A stretch of DNA of 30,076 nucleotides from an uncultured Eubacteriales bacterium (lineage in GTDB: Bacteria > Bacillota > Clostridia > Christensenellales > Pumilibacteraceae), in NCBI GenBank assembly GCA_900555875.1, contig USNB01000001.1, positions 1-30,076 on the forward strand. Direction: 5' to 3'. Shown here one piece after another: positions 1 through 8,259 of this stretch. Position numbers and translations under genes: made by a program. The notes beneath the pieces were generated by a model. It saw only the letters and a list, made by a program, of their open reading frames with translations. It did not search any database and had not been told where the DNA came from. Positions within the stretch are counted from its first letter, which is position 1. The number at the start of each line of letters is the position of its first letter.

Positions 1-708
1 CTCGCTGCCCTTGAGAAGTACGTTGCCGTCATATCCGTCGCAGACGACGACGTCGTACTTTCCCGTGAGTGTGTCGCGCGCTTCCATATTGCCGGCAAAA
101 TTCAGCCCGCTGCTCTTAAGAAGAGGATAAGTTTCGCGGACAAGAGTATTGCCCTTATGATCCTCTGTCCCGACGTTGAGCAATCCGACCGCGGGCGCGT
201 CTTTGCCGGTCATTGCCCTCATGTAAGCGCTTCCCATGACGGCGAACTGTACGAGCCATTCGGGATGGGAATCCATGTTTGCGCCGCAGTCTGTTATGCA
301 CACCGAGCCGCCGTTCATCGTGGGAAGCTGAGAAATGAGGGTAGGACGATATATCCCGTCCATTCTGCCTATAAGCAGAGTCGCGCCTGTCAGCACTGCT
401 CCGGTGCTTCCCGCAGAGATCAGTCCGAGGGCGTTATCATCCTCTTTCAGCATGTCGAATGCTTTAACGAGCGACGAACCTTTCTTTGTCTTGATCGCGT
501 GCGTCGGAGAGTCGTCGTTGGAAATTACTTCGGTGGTGGCTATGACCGTGATCCCGCTTGCATTCTCTTTTCCGAGTACTTCGTTTATGAGATCTGCGTC
601 GCCGGTAAGGATCACTCCTACGTCCGGATGGTCTTTTGCCGCCGCAGCCGCGCCTTTGATTATTTCGGCGGGAGAATCTCCGCCCATGACATCTATATAC
701 ACATTCAT
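1..708 (-). CDS. plsX: Phosphate acyltransferase PlsX (3' end runs off the window)
   Basis: Not in the ORF track. Manual translation from ATG at 708 gives MNVYIDVMGGDSPAEI...; the same frame at 1-60 reads KYDVVVCDGYDGNVLLKGSE. Both are PlsX signature segments, and the gene lies downstream of rpmF. Confidence 0.95.
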   Translation of the reverse strand, partial: MNVYIDVMGGDSPAEIIKGAAAAAKDHPDVGVILTGDADLINEVLGKENASGITVIATTEVISNDDSPTHAIKTKKGSSLVKAFDMLKEDDNALGLISAGSTGAVLTGATLLIGRMDGIYRPTLISQLPTMNGGSVCITDCGANMDSHPEWLVQFAVMGSAYMRAMTGKDAPAVGLLNVGTEDHKGNTLVRETYPLLKSSGLNFAGNMEARDTLTGKYDVVVCDGYDGNVLLKGSE

Positions 709-730
709 GATAAAGACCTGTTATAAGGAA

Positions 731-757
731 ATGACCCTTTAGCAAGTAAAGGGTCAT
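731..757 (-). terminator. 11-bp hairpin between rpmF and plsX (weak terminator or mRNA stabiliser)
   Basis: ATGACCCTTTA-5 nt loop-TAAAGGGTCAT, 6 nt after the rpmF stop; minus-strand tail TTCCTTAT is an imperfect U-tract. Confidence 0.6.
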
Positions 758-763
758 GAGAGA

Positions 764-952
764 TCATTTCTTTTCTTCTTTCTGCTCAACTACCTGCACG
801 CCGTCGTAGTAACCGCACTTGGGGCAAATCTGATGAGACTTTTTAAGCTCGTGGCACTGCGGACACTCGCTGAGAGCCACCGGGCTTACTTTCCACTGAG
901 CGTATCTGGTGCTGCTTCTCTGTTTGGATTGTTTTCTCTTAGGTACTGCCAT
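764..952 (-). CDS. rpmF: 50S ribosomal protein L32 (zinc-ribbon form)
   Basis: MAVPKRKQSKQRS...CPQC...CPKCGYY; AAGGAGG SD upstream of ATG at 952. Confidence 0.97.
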   Translation of the reverse strand: MAVPKRKQSKQRSSTRYAQWKVSPVALSECPQCHELKKSHQICPKCGYYDGVQVVEQKEEKK

Positions 953-989
953 TCTCACGCACCTCCTTCATTTCGTCACTTGCCAAACT

Positions 990-1018
990 ATTATATTAAA
1001 AACGCCCGGCTTTGTCAA
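990..1018 (-). promoter_or_regulatory. SigA promoter for rpmF-plsX
   Basis: Perfect TTGACA (1018-1013), 17-bp spacer, TATAAT (995-990). Confidence 0.9.
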
Positions 1019-1066
1019 CGATTTTTCGCTCGGTTTTCAAACTTTTTTGTACGTCTGCCGCGGGCG

Positions 1067-1729
1067 TTATTTGTTTTTCTTCGGTTTGGCTTCCCTTGCG
1101 GGAGTATCCGCGCCGCAGTCGTGGCGTTCTTCCAATACCTTCAGCACGTCGGTATATTCCATGTTCCTTGCCCGCATAAGAACAAAAAGATGATAAAACA
1201 GATCTGCGATCTCGTTACCTAATTCGTTGTTATCCGCTTTCATCGCCGCGATCACCGTTTCGGTGGCTTCTTCGCCCACTTTTTTACAGATTTTCTCGAC
1301 GCCTTTTGCAAGCAGATAATCGGTATAAGAGCCTTCTTTCGGATTGTCCTGGCGATCCTTTATCGTATCGGCAAGTACTCGCAGCACTCTTGTGTTCCCG
1401 GGAGCGTTTCCGAACGATTTTATCTCATTGAAAAAGCACGAACGTTTTCCGGTATGGCATGCGATACCGCCCGCCTGTTCCACTTCGAGCAGCAGGCTGT
1501 CGCGGTCGCAGTCGGCAAGCACTTTTTTTACCTTCTGAAAATGCCCGCTTTCTTCGCCTTTGTGCCACAGTTTATTTCTGCTGCGCGACCAATAGTAAGC
1601 TTCGCCTGTTTCAAGCGTCTTCGAAAGCGCTTCGGGATTCATATATGCCTGCATGAGCACTTCATTCGTTGCCGCATCCACGGTTATGACGGGTATCAGC
1701 CCCTTTTCATCGAATTTAAGATCGTACAT
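1067..1729 (-). CDS. hisIE: Bifunctional phosphoribosyl-AMP cyclohydrolase / phosphoribosyl-ATP pyrophosphatase
   Basis: [20 protein letters not shown] and [10 protein letters not shown] (HisI); KKVGEEATE and EIADLFYH (HisE). Confidence 0.96.
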   Translation of the reverse strand: MYDLKFDEKGLIPVITVDAATNEVLMQAYMNPEALSKTLETGEAYYWSRSRNKLWHKGEESGHFQKVKKVLADCDRDSLLLEVEQAGGIACHTGKRSCFFNEIKSFGNAPGNTRVLRVLADTIKDRQDNPKEGSYTDYLLAKGVEKICKKVGEEATETVIAAMKADNNELGNEIADLFYHLFVLMRARNMEYTDVLKVLEERHDCGADTPAREAKPKKNK

Positions 1730-2426
1730 ACTTCAATGCCTCACGGATATCTATTTTGTTTTCGTAATATGCTTTGCCTATTATCGCGCCGTATATGCCC
1801 GCATCCGCTATTGCGCGGATGTCGTTCATCCCTGATACGCCGCCGCTGGCTATGACGGATGCTCCCGTTTCCTTCTGCAATCGTGCAGTTGCTTCCACGT
1901 TTGCGCCCGTCATCATGCCGTCGCGCGAAACGTCGGTAAACAGAAAATATCTGGCGCCTCTTTTTGCGAGAGATCTCCCGAGTTCCTCGGGAGTCGCGTC
2001 CGCAGTCTCTTTCCACCCGCGTATCGCGATCTTTCCGTTTTTCACATCCAGTCCGCAGACTATCGCTTCGCCGAATTCGCCAAGGAGTTCGTCAGTAAGT
2101 TCCGGATCGGTGGCGCATACGGTGCCGAGTACGGCGCGCGCGGCGCCGGCGTCAATGAGCGAACGTACGCGTGCTGCGCTGCGCAGACCGCCGCCCGCCT
2201 GTATTCTGAGCGCAGTGCCCGTCGCAATCTTTTCTATTATCCGAAAATTATCGCCGGAGCTTTCTGCTCCGTTGAGATCGACGATGTGCACCCATTCCGC
2301 TCCGCAGTCGGCAAAGCGTTTCGCCATATCTTCCGGATCGCCGTACACGGTGACGTCTTTATAACTTCCGCCCTTCAGTCTGACCGCTTTTCCGTTGTAA
2401 ATATCTATTGCGGGAAATATCGTCAT
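1716..2426 (-). CDS. hisA: ProFAR isomerase HisA
   Basis: [51 protein letters not shown] at 2426 overlaps the hisB stop (ATGA). Confidence 0.95.
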   Translation of the reverse strand: MTIFPAIDIYNGKAVRLKGGSYKDVTVYGDPEDMAKRFADCGAEWVHIVDLNGAESSGDNFRIIEKIATGTALRIQAGGGLRSAARVRSLIDAGAARAVLGTVCATDPELTDELLGEFGEAIVCGLDVKNGKIAIRGWKETADATPEELGRSLAKRGARYFLFTDVSRDGMMTGANVEATARLQKETGASVIASGGVSGMNDIRAIADAGIYGAIIGKAYYENKIDIREALKYVRS

Positions 2427-3001
2427 AAGCTGCCTTTTGTGCTGAGAACGGAGCTTCCCGTGATCTCTTTCGCGAGCTTCAGCGCTCTTGCGAACGATTT
2501 GAATATCGCCTCGCAAACATGGTGAGCGTTTCTGCCGCGCAGTTCGTCTATGTGCGCGTTGATGAATGCGTTCGAGCACACGGCTGTAAAAAATTCCTCG
2601 GTCAGCGCGGCGTCGTAGCTGCCTATCATTCCGGTCAGCGAGCGTGCGTCAAAGCAGAGATATGCTCTGCCGGACAGGTCGAGAACGCAGCGTGCGAGCG
2701 CTTCATCCATGGGAACGTAAGCGCATCCGAAACGTTCTATACCCTTTTTGTCTCCCAACGCTTCCGCAAGCGCTTTGCCGAGCGCTATGCCGATGTCCTC
2801 GACCGTATGATGGCCGTCTACTTCGAGATCGCCTTTGCATGTTACTTTGAGATCGAGCTTGCCGTGTACGGCGAGAGCCGTCAGCATATGATCGAAAAAG
2901 CCTATGCCCGTATCGATCTCCGCATTGCCGGAACCGTCGAGATCGAGTTCGAGCACTATATCGGTTTCCTTTGTTTTACGTAATATGGCGGCTTTTCTCA
3001 T
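2423..3001 (-). CDS. hisB: Imidazoleglycerol-phosphate dehydratase (monofunctional)
   Basis: RKTKETDI, FFDHML, DGHHTVED, PMDEAL, NAHHVCEAIFK, STKGSL; start overlaps the hisD stop. Confidence 0.96.
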   Translation of the reverse strand: MRKAAILRKTKETDIVLELDLDGSGNAEIDTGIGFFDHMLTALAVHGKLDLKVTCKGDLEVDGHHTVEDIGIALGKALAEALGDKKGIERFGCAYVPMDEALARCVLDLSGRAYLCFDARSLTGMIGSYDAALTEEFFTAVCSNAFINAHIDELRGRNAHHVCEAIFKSFARALKLAKEITGSSVLSTKGSL

Positions 3002-4266
3002 TTTCTTTCCTCCGTTCTCACTCTTATCGAATTTGCATGAGCCGTCAGACCTTCCGATTCGGCAAGAGCTATTATGTCGTCCGCGCATGAGCGCAGAGCA
3101 TTCTCATCGTATTTTATCAGACTGATCCTTTTGACGAATACGGATACGCCGAGTGCTGAGAAATATCTTGCCGTGCCGCCGTTAGGAAGCACGTGATTGG
3201 TCCCGGCATAGTAATCGCCGAGCGGCTCCGGAGACCAGTGCCCCATAAATACCGCGCCCGCGTTTCGGATGAGCGGCAGCAAACCGTCGGGATCATTCAC
3301 GCAAAGCTCGAGATGTTCGGGAGCTATTTCGTTTGCGATGTCAACGCATTCGGTTAGATCGGACGCCGTTATTATCGTGCCGAAACTGTCTATCGATTTA
3401 CCGGCTATTGCGGCTTTCGGTAATTGCTTTACGCGCCTGTCCACCGCATCCGACACTGCTTTCGCCAATCGTTCGTCCGGCGTTACGAGTATCGCCATTG
3501 CCATTTCGTCATGCTCGGCCTGGGAAAGCAGATCGGCGGCGATGAATTCCGGATCGGCAGACGTGTCCGCTACTATGAGGATCTCGCTCGGTCCCGCTAT
3601 CATATCGATGCCGGCGTCGCCGTATGCCAGCCGTTTGGCTTCAGTGACGTACATGTTGCCGGGACCGCATATGACGTCCGCTTTAGGCACGGACGCCGTG
3701 CCGTATGCCATGGCGGCTATCGCCTGCGCTCCGCCTATGCGGTATATCGACGATACTCCGCATTCCGCCGCCGCTACGATCGTGAGAGGAGACGTTCCCG
3801 GCGTGCACATTACGATATTTCCGACGCCGGCGACTTTTGCCGGTACGGCGGTCATCAGTACGGAGCTGGGATAGGACGCTTTGCCTCCCGGCACATATAT
3901 GCCCGCGCATTCGACGGGACGTATCATATAGCCCGTTTTCGCTCCCGGAGCAGTTTCTTCGAGCGCGCCCGGAAGGAGCTGTTTTTTATGATATTCTTCT
4001 ATATTCGCTTTCGCTCTGCGGAGAGCGCCGAGAAGTTCGGGCGATACCTCGGCATATGCCGCTCTGATCTCTTCATCGCTAAGGCGGATATTGTCGGCGT
4101 TCAATCTTACGCCGTCGAATTTTTCGGTAAGCTCGAAAAGCGCCTTATCGCCTTCGGTCTTTACACGGTCCATTATTTCTTCTACGCTTTTACGTGCGCC
4201 TTCCGACAGCGTTTTTTTACGTGAGGATATGCGCCTGAGCCCTTCGGTCCTGTTTGTTATCAGCAT
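2998..4266 (-). CDS. hisD: Histidinol dehydrogenase
   Basis: GIYVPGG, GGAQAIAAMAYGT, AGPSE, SQAEHD, APEHL, GTNHVLP, EGLTAHA motifs. Confidence 0.97.
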   Translation of the reverse strand: MLITNRTEGLRRISSRKKTLSEGARKSVEEIMDRVKTEGDKALFELTEKFDGVRLNADNIRLSDEEIRAAYAEVSPELLGALRRAKANIEEYHKKQLLPGALEETAPGAKTGYMIRPVECAGIYVPGGKASYPSSVLMTAVPAKVAGVGNIVMCTPGTSPLTIVAAAECGVSSIYRIGGAQAIAAMAYGTASVPKADVICGPGNMYVTEAKRLAYGDAGIDMIAGPSEILIVADTSADPEFIAADLLSQAEHDEMAMAILVTPDERLAKAVSDAVDRRVKQLPKAAIAGKSIDSFGTIITASDLTECVDIANEIAPEHLELCVNDPDGLLPLIRNAGAVFMGHWSPEPLGDYYAGTNHVLPNGGTARYFSALGVSVFVKRISLIKYDENALRSCADDIIALAESEGLTAHANSIRVRTEERK

Positions 4267-4281
4267 TTGCCTGTACCTGTA

Positions 4282-4899
4282 TTACTGTATATTTGCCGCT
4301 ATTTTCTCGAACAGCGGAACGAGTTCCTTTTTCGTCTTCAGACTTACTCGGTTCACGACTACGCGTGCGCTGCATTTGCACACTTCTTCGAGCACTTTCA
4401 GTCCGTTTGCCTCCAGCGTTTTTCCGCTTTCAACGATATCCACGATCACGTCGGAAAGACCGATCACCGGACCGAGCTCGACCGAGCCGTTGAGCTTGAT
4501 TATATCTACCGTTTTTCCTCTGGAGCCGAAATATTCCTTGGTGACGTGCGGGTATTTCGTACCGACTCGCAGTATGCCTCCCGCTTTTTCGAGTGAATCC
4601 GGATACCCGCATACGCACAGCCGGCAAGCTCCGAACTTAAGGTCGATCGTTTCGTATATATCTTTGTCTGCTTCGAGCAGAGTGTCTTTCCCGACGACGC
4701 CGAAATCGGCTACGCCGCGTTCCACGTAAGTAGGCACGTCGCTCGGCTTTACGAACACGAATCTGTATTTCCCGCTTCCGTCGAAAAGCACGAGCTTACG
4801 GGTCTCGACCTTGAGTTCGTCAAGTTGTAAACCGCATTTTTCAAGCAGTTCCGTTGCTTTCTGAGCAAGTCTTCCTTTTGCGAGCGCGACCGTTATCAT
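4282..4899 (-). CDS. hisG: ATP phosphoribosyltransferase, short form
   Basis: ALAKGRL, DVPTYVERGVADFGVVGKD, TKYP, GSVELGP, DIVESGKTL; 205 aa without the C-terminal regulatory domain, consistent with the adjacent hisZ. Confidence 0.97.
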   Translation of the reverse strand: MITVALAKGRLAQKATELLEKCGLQLDELKVETRKLVLFDGSGKYRFVFVKPSDVPTYVERGVADFGVVGKDTLLEADKDIYETIDLKFGACRLCVCGYPDSLEKAGGILRVGTKYPHVTKEYFGSRGKTVDIIKLNGSVELGPVIGLSDVIVDIVESGKTLEANGLKVLEEVCKCSARVVVNRVSLKTKKELVPLFEKIAANIQ

Positions 4900-6095
4900 A
4901 TTTTACCCCCTTTTGAGGCTATAGTCAATTCGATAGGCGCTCCGTCGAAAAATATCGCCCGGCTTATGTTCTTTTCTCTGCAATATCCGATGAGTGCGTT
5001 TTCATCCCCGAACACGCGGACGACGATATTCTTTTTCCGCAGCTTTTCCACTGTATCCCTGACCGTGCGTTCGTCGCAATCGGCGACGGCAAACGCTATG
5101 TCCGCTTTCGGAGCTTTTTCGCGAAGGCCCTGATTCCTGAGCGCAGCCGTCAGTCTGCGGGTGCCTATTCCGAAGCCTATTGCATTTGTGGGTCTGTCCC
5201 ACCTCGAGCACAGCGAGTCGTATCTTCCGCCGTCGAGTATGGATACTCCGAGATCCTCGCAAAGTCCTTTCATCACGATGCCCGTATAATAATCGTTTAC
5301 CGAGACCATGCCGAGATCTATGGAAAAATATTTTCCAAGCCCCATACGCCCGAGTTTGTCGAGAAGATATTTTAATCTGTCAAGCGCTTCGATGCTTTTT
5401 GCGTTTGAACACATCCTGCGCGCTCTTTCGAGCGTTTCCGCCCCTCCGAACAGCGAAGGCAGCGAGAGTATGCTTTCTTTGTCTTTGTCGCTCAGTCCCG
5501 AATCGCGGAAAAACAGTTCCACCCCGAGCATGTCTTTTTTGTTTATGAGTTTTTTCAGTTTGCCGGCATCCGCGGGCGACAGTCCGAGTTCTTCCGCCAC
5601 TCCGTCGAAATAACCGACGTGGCCGAGTTCTACGGTAAAATTTTTAAGTCCGCTGCCGCGCAGTGCGTCGGCAGCCATCTCGAGTATCTCGAGTTCGCCG
5701 TCCGCTCCCGTGTCGCCCATCAGCTCGACTCCCGTCTGCGCGAACTCCCTGTCGCGTGCGCTGTTTGAATCGTCGAGATATTCGTATGAATCCAGGGCGT
5801 AATACATTCGCTGCACACCAGTCATGTTGGTGACATACATCCTGCATATCTGCATTGTGACGTCCGCTCTCATCGCGAGCAGGCTGCCGTCCGAATCGGT
5901 CAGTTTGAACAGTCGCTTTTCGGACATCATGCCGCCGGATGTGAACAGATCGCAGTATTCCAGCGTAGGCGTACTCACCTGTTTGTATCCGTATGATGCA
6001 AACACGCGGCACATGGCCTTTTCGGCCCTGACATTGTTGTAGCAGTCGTCGGGAAGCTGATCCTGCATCCCGAACGGCAATTGTACTTTGCTCAT
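4896..6095 (-). CDS. hisZ: ATP phosphoribosyltransferase regulatory subunit (HisRS-like)
   Basis: LPFGMQDQLP, TPTLEY, MRADVT, REFAQTGVEL, YYTG, GGRYD; immediately upstream of short hisG. Confidence 0.93.
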   Translation of the reverse strand: MSKVQLPFGMQDQLPDDCYNNVRAEKAMCRVFASYGYKQVSTPTLEYCDLFTSGGMMSEKRLFKLTDSDGSLLAMRADVTMQICRMYVTNMTGVQRMYYALDSYEYLDDSNSARDREFAQTGVELMGDTGADGELEILEMAADALRGSGLKNFTVELGHVGYFDGVAEELGLSPADAGKLKKLINKKDMLGVELFFRDSGLSDKDKESILSLPSLFGGAETLERARRMCSNAKSIEALDRLKYLLDKLGRMGLGKYFSIDLGMVSVNDYYTGIVMKGLCEDLGVSILDGGRYDSLCSRWDRPTNAIGFGIGTRRLTAALRNQGLREKAPKADIAFAVADCDERTVRDTVEKLRKKNIVVRVFGDENALIGYCREKNISRAIFFDGAPIELTIASKGGKI

Positions 6096-6120
6096 AAAAA
6101 CTCCGTTCGCCGCAATGGCG

Positions 6121-6152
6121 CTTTATTACTTTATCATGATAAATCAGTAAAG
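6121..6152. promoter_or_regulatory. Putative HisR (YerC) operator, 32-bp imperfect palindrome
   Basis: CTTTATTA CTTTATCA|TGATAAAT CAGTAAAG with a perfect 14-bp core TTTATCATGATAAA; lies just downstream of the -10 box and covers the predicted start site; fits the CTTTA-N6-TAAAG type motif I recall for HisR. Confidence 0.75.
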
Positions 6153-6154
6153 CA

Positions 6155-6183
6155 ATTATATCAAAGTCGGTTTTTGCTGTCAA
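6155..6183 (-). promoter_or_regulatory. SigA promoter of the his operon
   Basis: TTGACA (6183-6178), 17-bp spacer, TATAAT (6160-6155) with extended -10 TG. Confidence 0.9.
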
Positions 6184-6219
6184 GTGTTTGCAATGAAAAA
6201 TTTCTGCGGTTTTTTGTCG

Positions 6220-8208
6220 TCAGTTCAGTGAGAGCGATCTTATAAATTCTTCTTTACCGTCTGCATGTACTGCAAGCGCTGCTGCCGTATTTTCATCCGA
6301 GAGCAGTATGCCCGACAGTTTTTCCGCTTTTTTCAACATTTCCGCATCCACTCTGACTCCTGAAAAAGTCTCCGTCCTTCCGTGCTGGCGCGTTCCGAGG
6401 AAGTCGCCCGCGCCGCGAGAATCGAAATCATATTCGGCGAGAGCAAATCCGTCCGAGCAGCGACAGAGAAATTTAAGCCTGTCCGATGCAGTTTCATCGT
6501 CCGAAATTATAAAGCAGTAACTTTTTTGTCCGCGCCGTCCTATCCTGCCGCGGAGCTGATGGAGCTGACTCAGTCCGAGTCTGTCGGCTCCGAAAATTGC
6601 CATGGTCGTAGCGTCCGGTACGTCGATCCCTACCTCCACGACGGTAGTACATACGAGCACATCAATATTTCCGGTCGCGAACTCTGTCATTATTTTGTCT
6701 TTTTCCGTGCCGCTCATCCGTCCGTGCAGCAGTCCCGTGCCTATGCCGGAGAGCGGACCTCCCCGGAGCTTTTTGTAAAGCGCGGTTGCTGAAATATCTT
6801 CATCACCGTCTATCCTCGGGCATACGATATACGTCTTTTCTCCCGACCGCGACCGTTCCGCTATATAGACGAACATATCGCTCAGCTTATTTTCGGGAAC
6901 TATGGCTGTCGTAATACATGTGCCGCATGAAGGTTTTTCTTTGATATTTATGGTTTTGAGCTGTCCGTAAAGCGAAAGTGCCAAAGTGCGCGGTATCGGC
7001 GTGGCGCTCATGACTATATTATCCGCTCCGTCGGCTTTATTTTCCAGACTGCCGCGCTGACAGACGCCGAAACGGTGCTGTTCGTCGGTGATCGTAAGTC
7101 CGAGATCGCGGAAGCGAACGTTTTTCCCCGTGAGAGCATGAGTTCCGACTGCGATATCCACGTCACCGTTCTCGATCCCCTTGATTATCGCGGCTCTGTC
7201 TTTTGCCGCCGTCGTTCCGGTCAGACACGCAACGGTCAGTCCCTTATCGCCGAAAAACTCAAGGGCTTTTGCGTAATGCTGTCTGGCAAGTATTTCTGTA
7301 GGCGCCATTATCGCCGTTTGATAACCGTTGAGCGCGGTGTAATAAGCGGCAAGGAAAGCCACGATGGTTTTACCGCAGCCTACATCTCCCTGCAGTAGCA
7401 CATTCATTCGTTCGTCAGATCTTAGCTCTCTTACGATCTCGCCGACGGCGTTTTGCTGGTCGTTTGTCAGCGAAAACGGCAGATCGTTTATCGCTTTCCC
7501 GAGCTCTTCCGAACGGTCTGCATAACGACGCGCGCGTTTTTCCGCGTCGTGTTTCAGGAGCCTGTACAGACTGAGCATGTATGCAAGGTCTTCGGTCGCT
7601 GCGCTTCTGGACGCGGTCTCCGCGAGAGAAATATCCGTCGGGAAATGGACTTCCCTGATCGCTTTTTCGACGGGCAATATGCCTGCTTCTCTTGCGGCTT
7701 CTTCTCCGACATATCCTTTTATCCTGACTGCCGACAGTATTGCCGCGGCGGCTTCGCGCATCAGTGACTGATTGAGCCCGTCCGGCAATCTGTATAGAGG
7801 TATGATGTTCCCCTCTTTGTCCGGAACTATCTTCGGCGCAGTGATATCGATATAACTTGTCGATCGTTTCAACCTGCCTGTGACGATTACTTCAGTGCCC
7901 GCGGATAATCTGCGGTATACGTAATCCTGATTGAACCAGGTGCATACTACGCGCGATCCGAAGGATATGAATTCCGCTTTTACATAGCTCAATCCTTTTC
8001 TGATGCGTCTGAGGACGGGCGGACGGGAGGGCTTTGCCATGAATGTCACGCTGTCTCCGCTGCGGAGATTTTTCCATTCGATGACTGCGCGTTTATCGAA
8101 ATAAGCGTACGGAAAAAGCAACAGGATATCGAGCGGATCGTTGATCCCGCTTGCTTTGAGCTTTTCTATTCGCTTTTTTCCCAGTCCCTTTATGTCTTCG
8201 AGTTTCAT
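6220..8208 (-). CDS. recG: ATP-dependent DNA helicase RecG
   Basis: LLQGDVGCGKT, DEQHRFGV, SATPIPRTL, QLHQLRGRIGR, RGAGDFLGTRQHG; N-terminal wedge/OB region. Confidence 0.96.
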   Translation of the reverse strand: MKLEDIKGLGKKRIEKLKASGINDPLDILLLFPYAYFDKRAVIEWKNLRSGDSVTFMAKPSRPPVLRRIRKGLSYVKAEFISFGSRVVCTWFNQDYVYRRLSAGTEVIVTGRLKRSTSYIDITAPKIVPDKEGNIIPLYRLPDGLNQSLMREAAAAILSAVRIKGYVGEEAAREAGILPVEKAIREVHFPTDISLAETASRSAATEDLAYMLSLYRLLKHDAEKRARRYADRSEELGKAINDLPFSLTNDQQNAVGEIVRELRSDERMNVLLQGDVGCGKTIVAFLAAYYTALNGYQTAIMAPTEILARQHYAKALEFFGDKGLTVACLTGTTAAKDRAAIIKGIENGDVDIAVGTHALTGKNVRFRDLGLTITDEQHRFGVCQRGSLENKADGADNIVMSATPIPRTLALSLYGQLKTINIKEKPSCGTCITTAIVPENKLSDMFVYIAERSRSGEKTYIVCPRIDGDEDISATALYKKLRGGPLSGIGTGLLHGRMSGTEKDKIMTEFATGNIDVLVCTTVVEVGIDVPDATTMAIFGADRLGLSQLHQLRGRIGRRGQKSYCFIISDDETASDRLKFLCRCSDGFALAEYDFDSRGAGDFLGTRQHGRTETFSGVRVDAEMLKKAEKLSGILLSDENTAAALAVHADGKEEFIRSLSLN

Positions 8209-8215
8209 GAGGTAT

Positions 8216-8241
8216 GATAAAGGGCGGCAATAACGCCGCCC
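8216..8241 (-). terminator. GC-rich hairpin between fakA and recG
   Basis: Minus strand GGGCGGC-GTTATT-GCCGCCC followed by TTTATC. Confidence 0.55.
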
Positions 8242-8259
8242 GCAGATATCTTTTTCGCA

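Noticed and set aside
736..752. CCTTTAGCAAGTAAAGG as a third HisR site
   Set aside because: Spacing is TTTA-N5-TAAA rather than N6, and it is the top of an RNA hairpin directly after the rpmF stop.
157..757. ORF-track ORFs at 157-726, 335-742 and 464-757
   Set aside because: They are antisense or out of frame relative to plsX, which the track missed because it is truncated by the window edge.
2427..2579. N-terminal extensions in the ORF track for hisA (also hisB, rlmN, rsmB, rpsU, mtaB, fakA)
   Set aside because: These come from longest-ORF calling; family N-termini, SD sites and stop/start overlaps point to the downstream starts.
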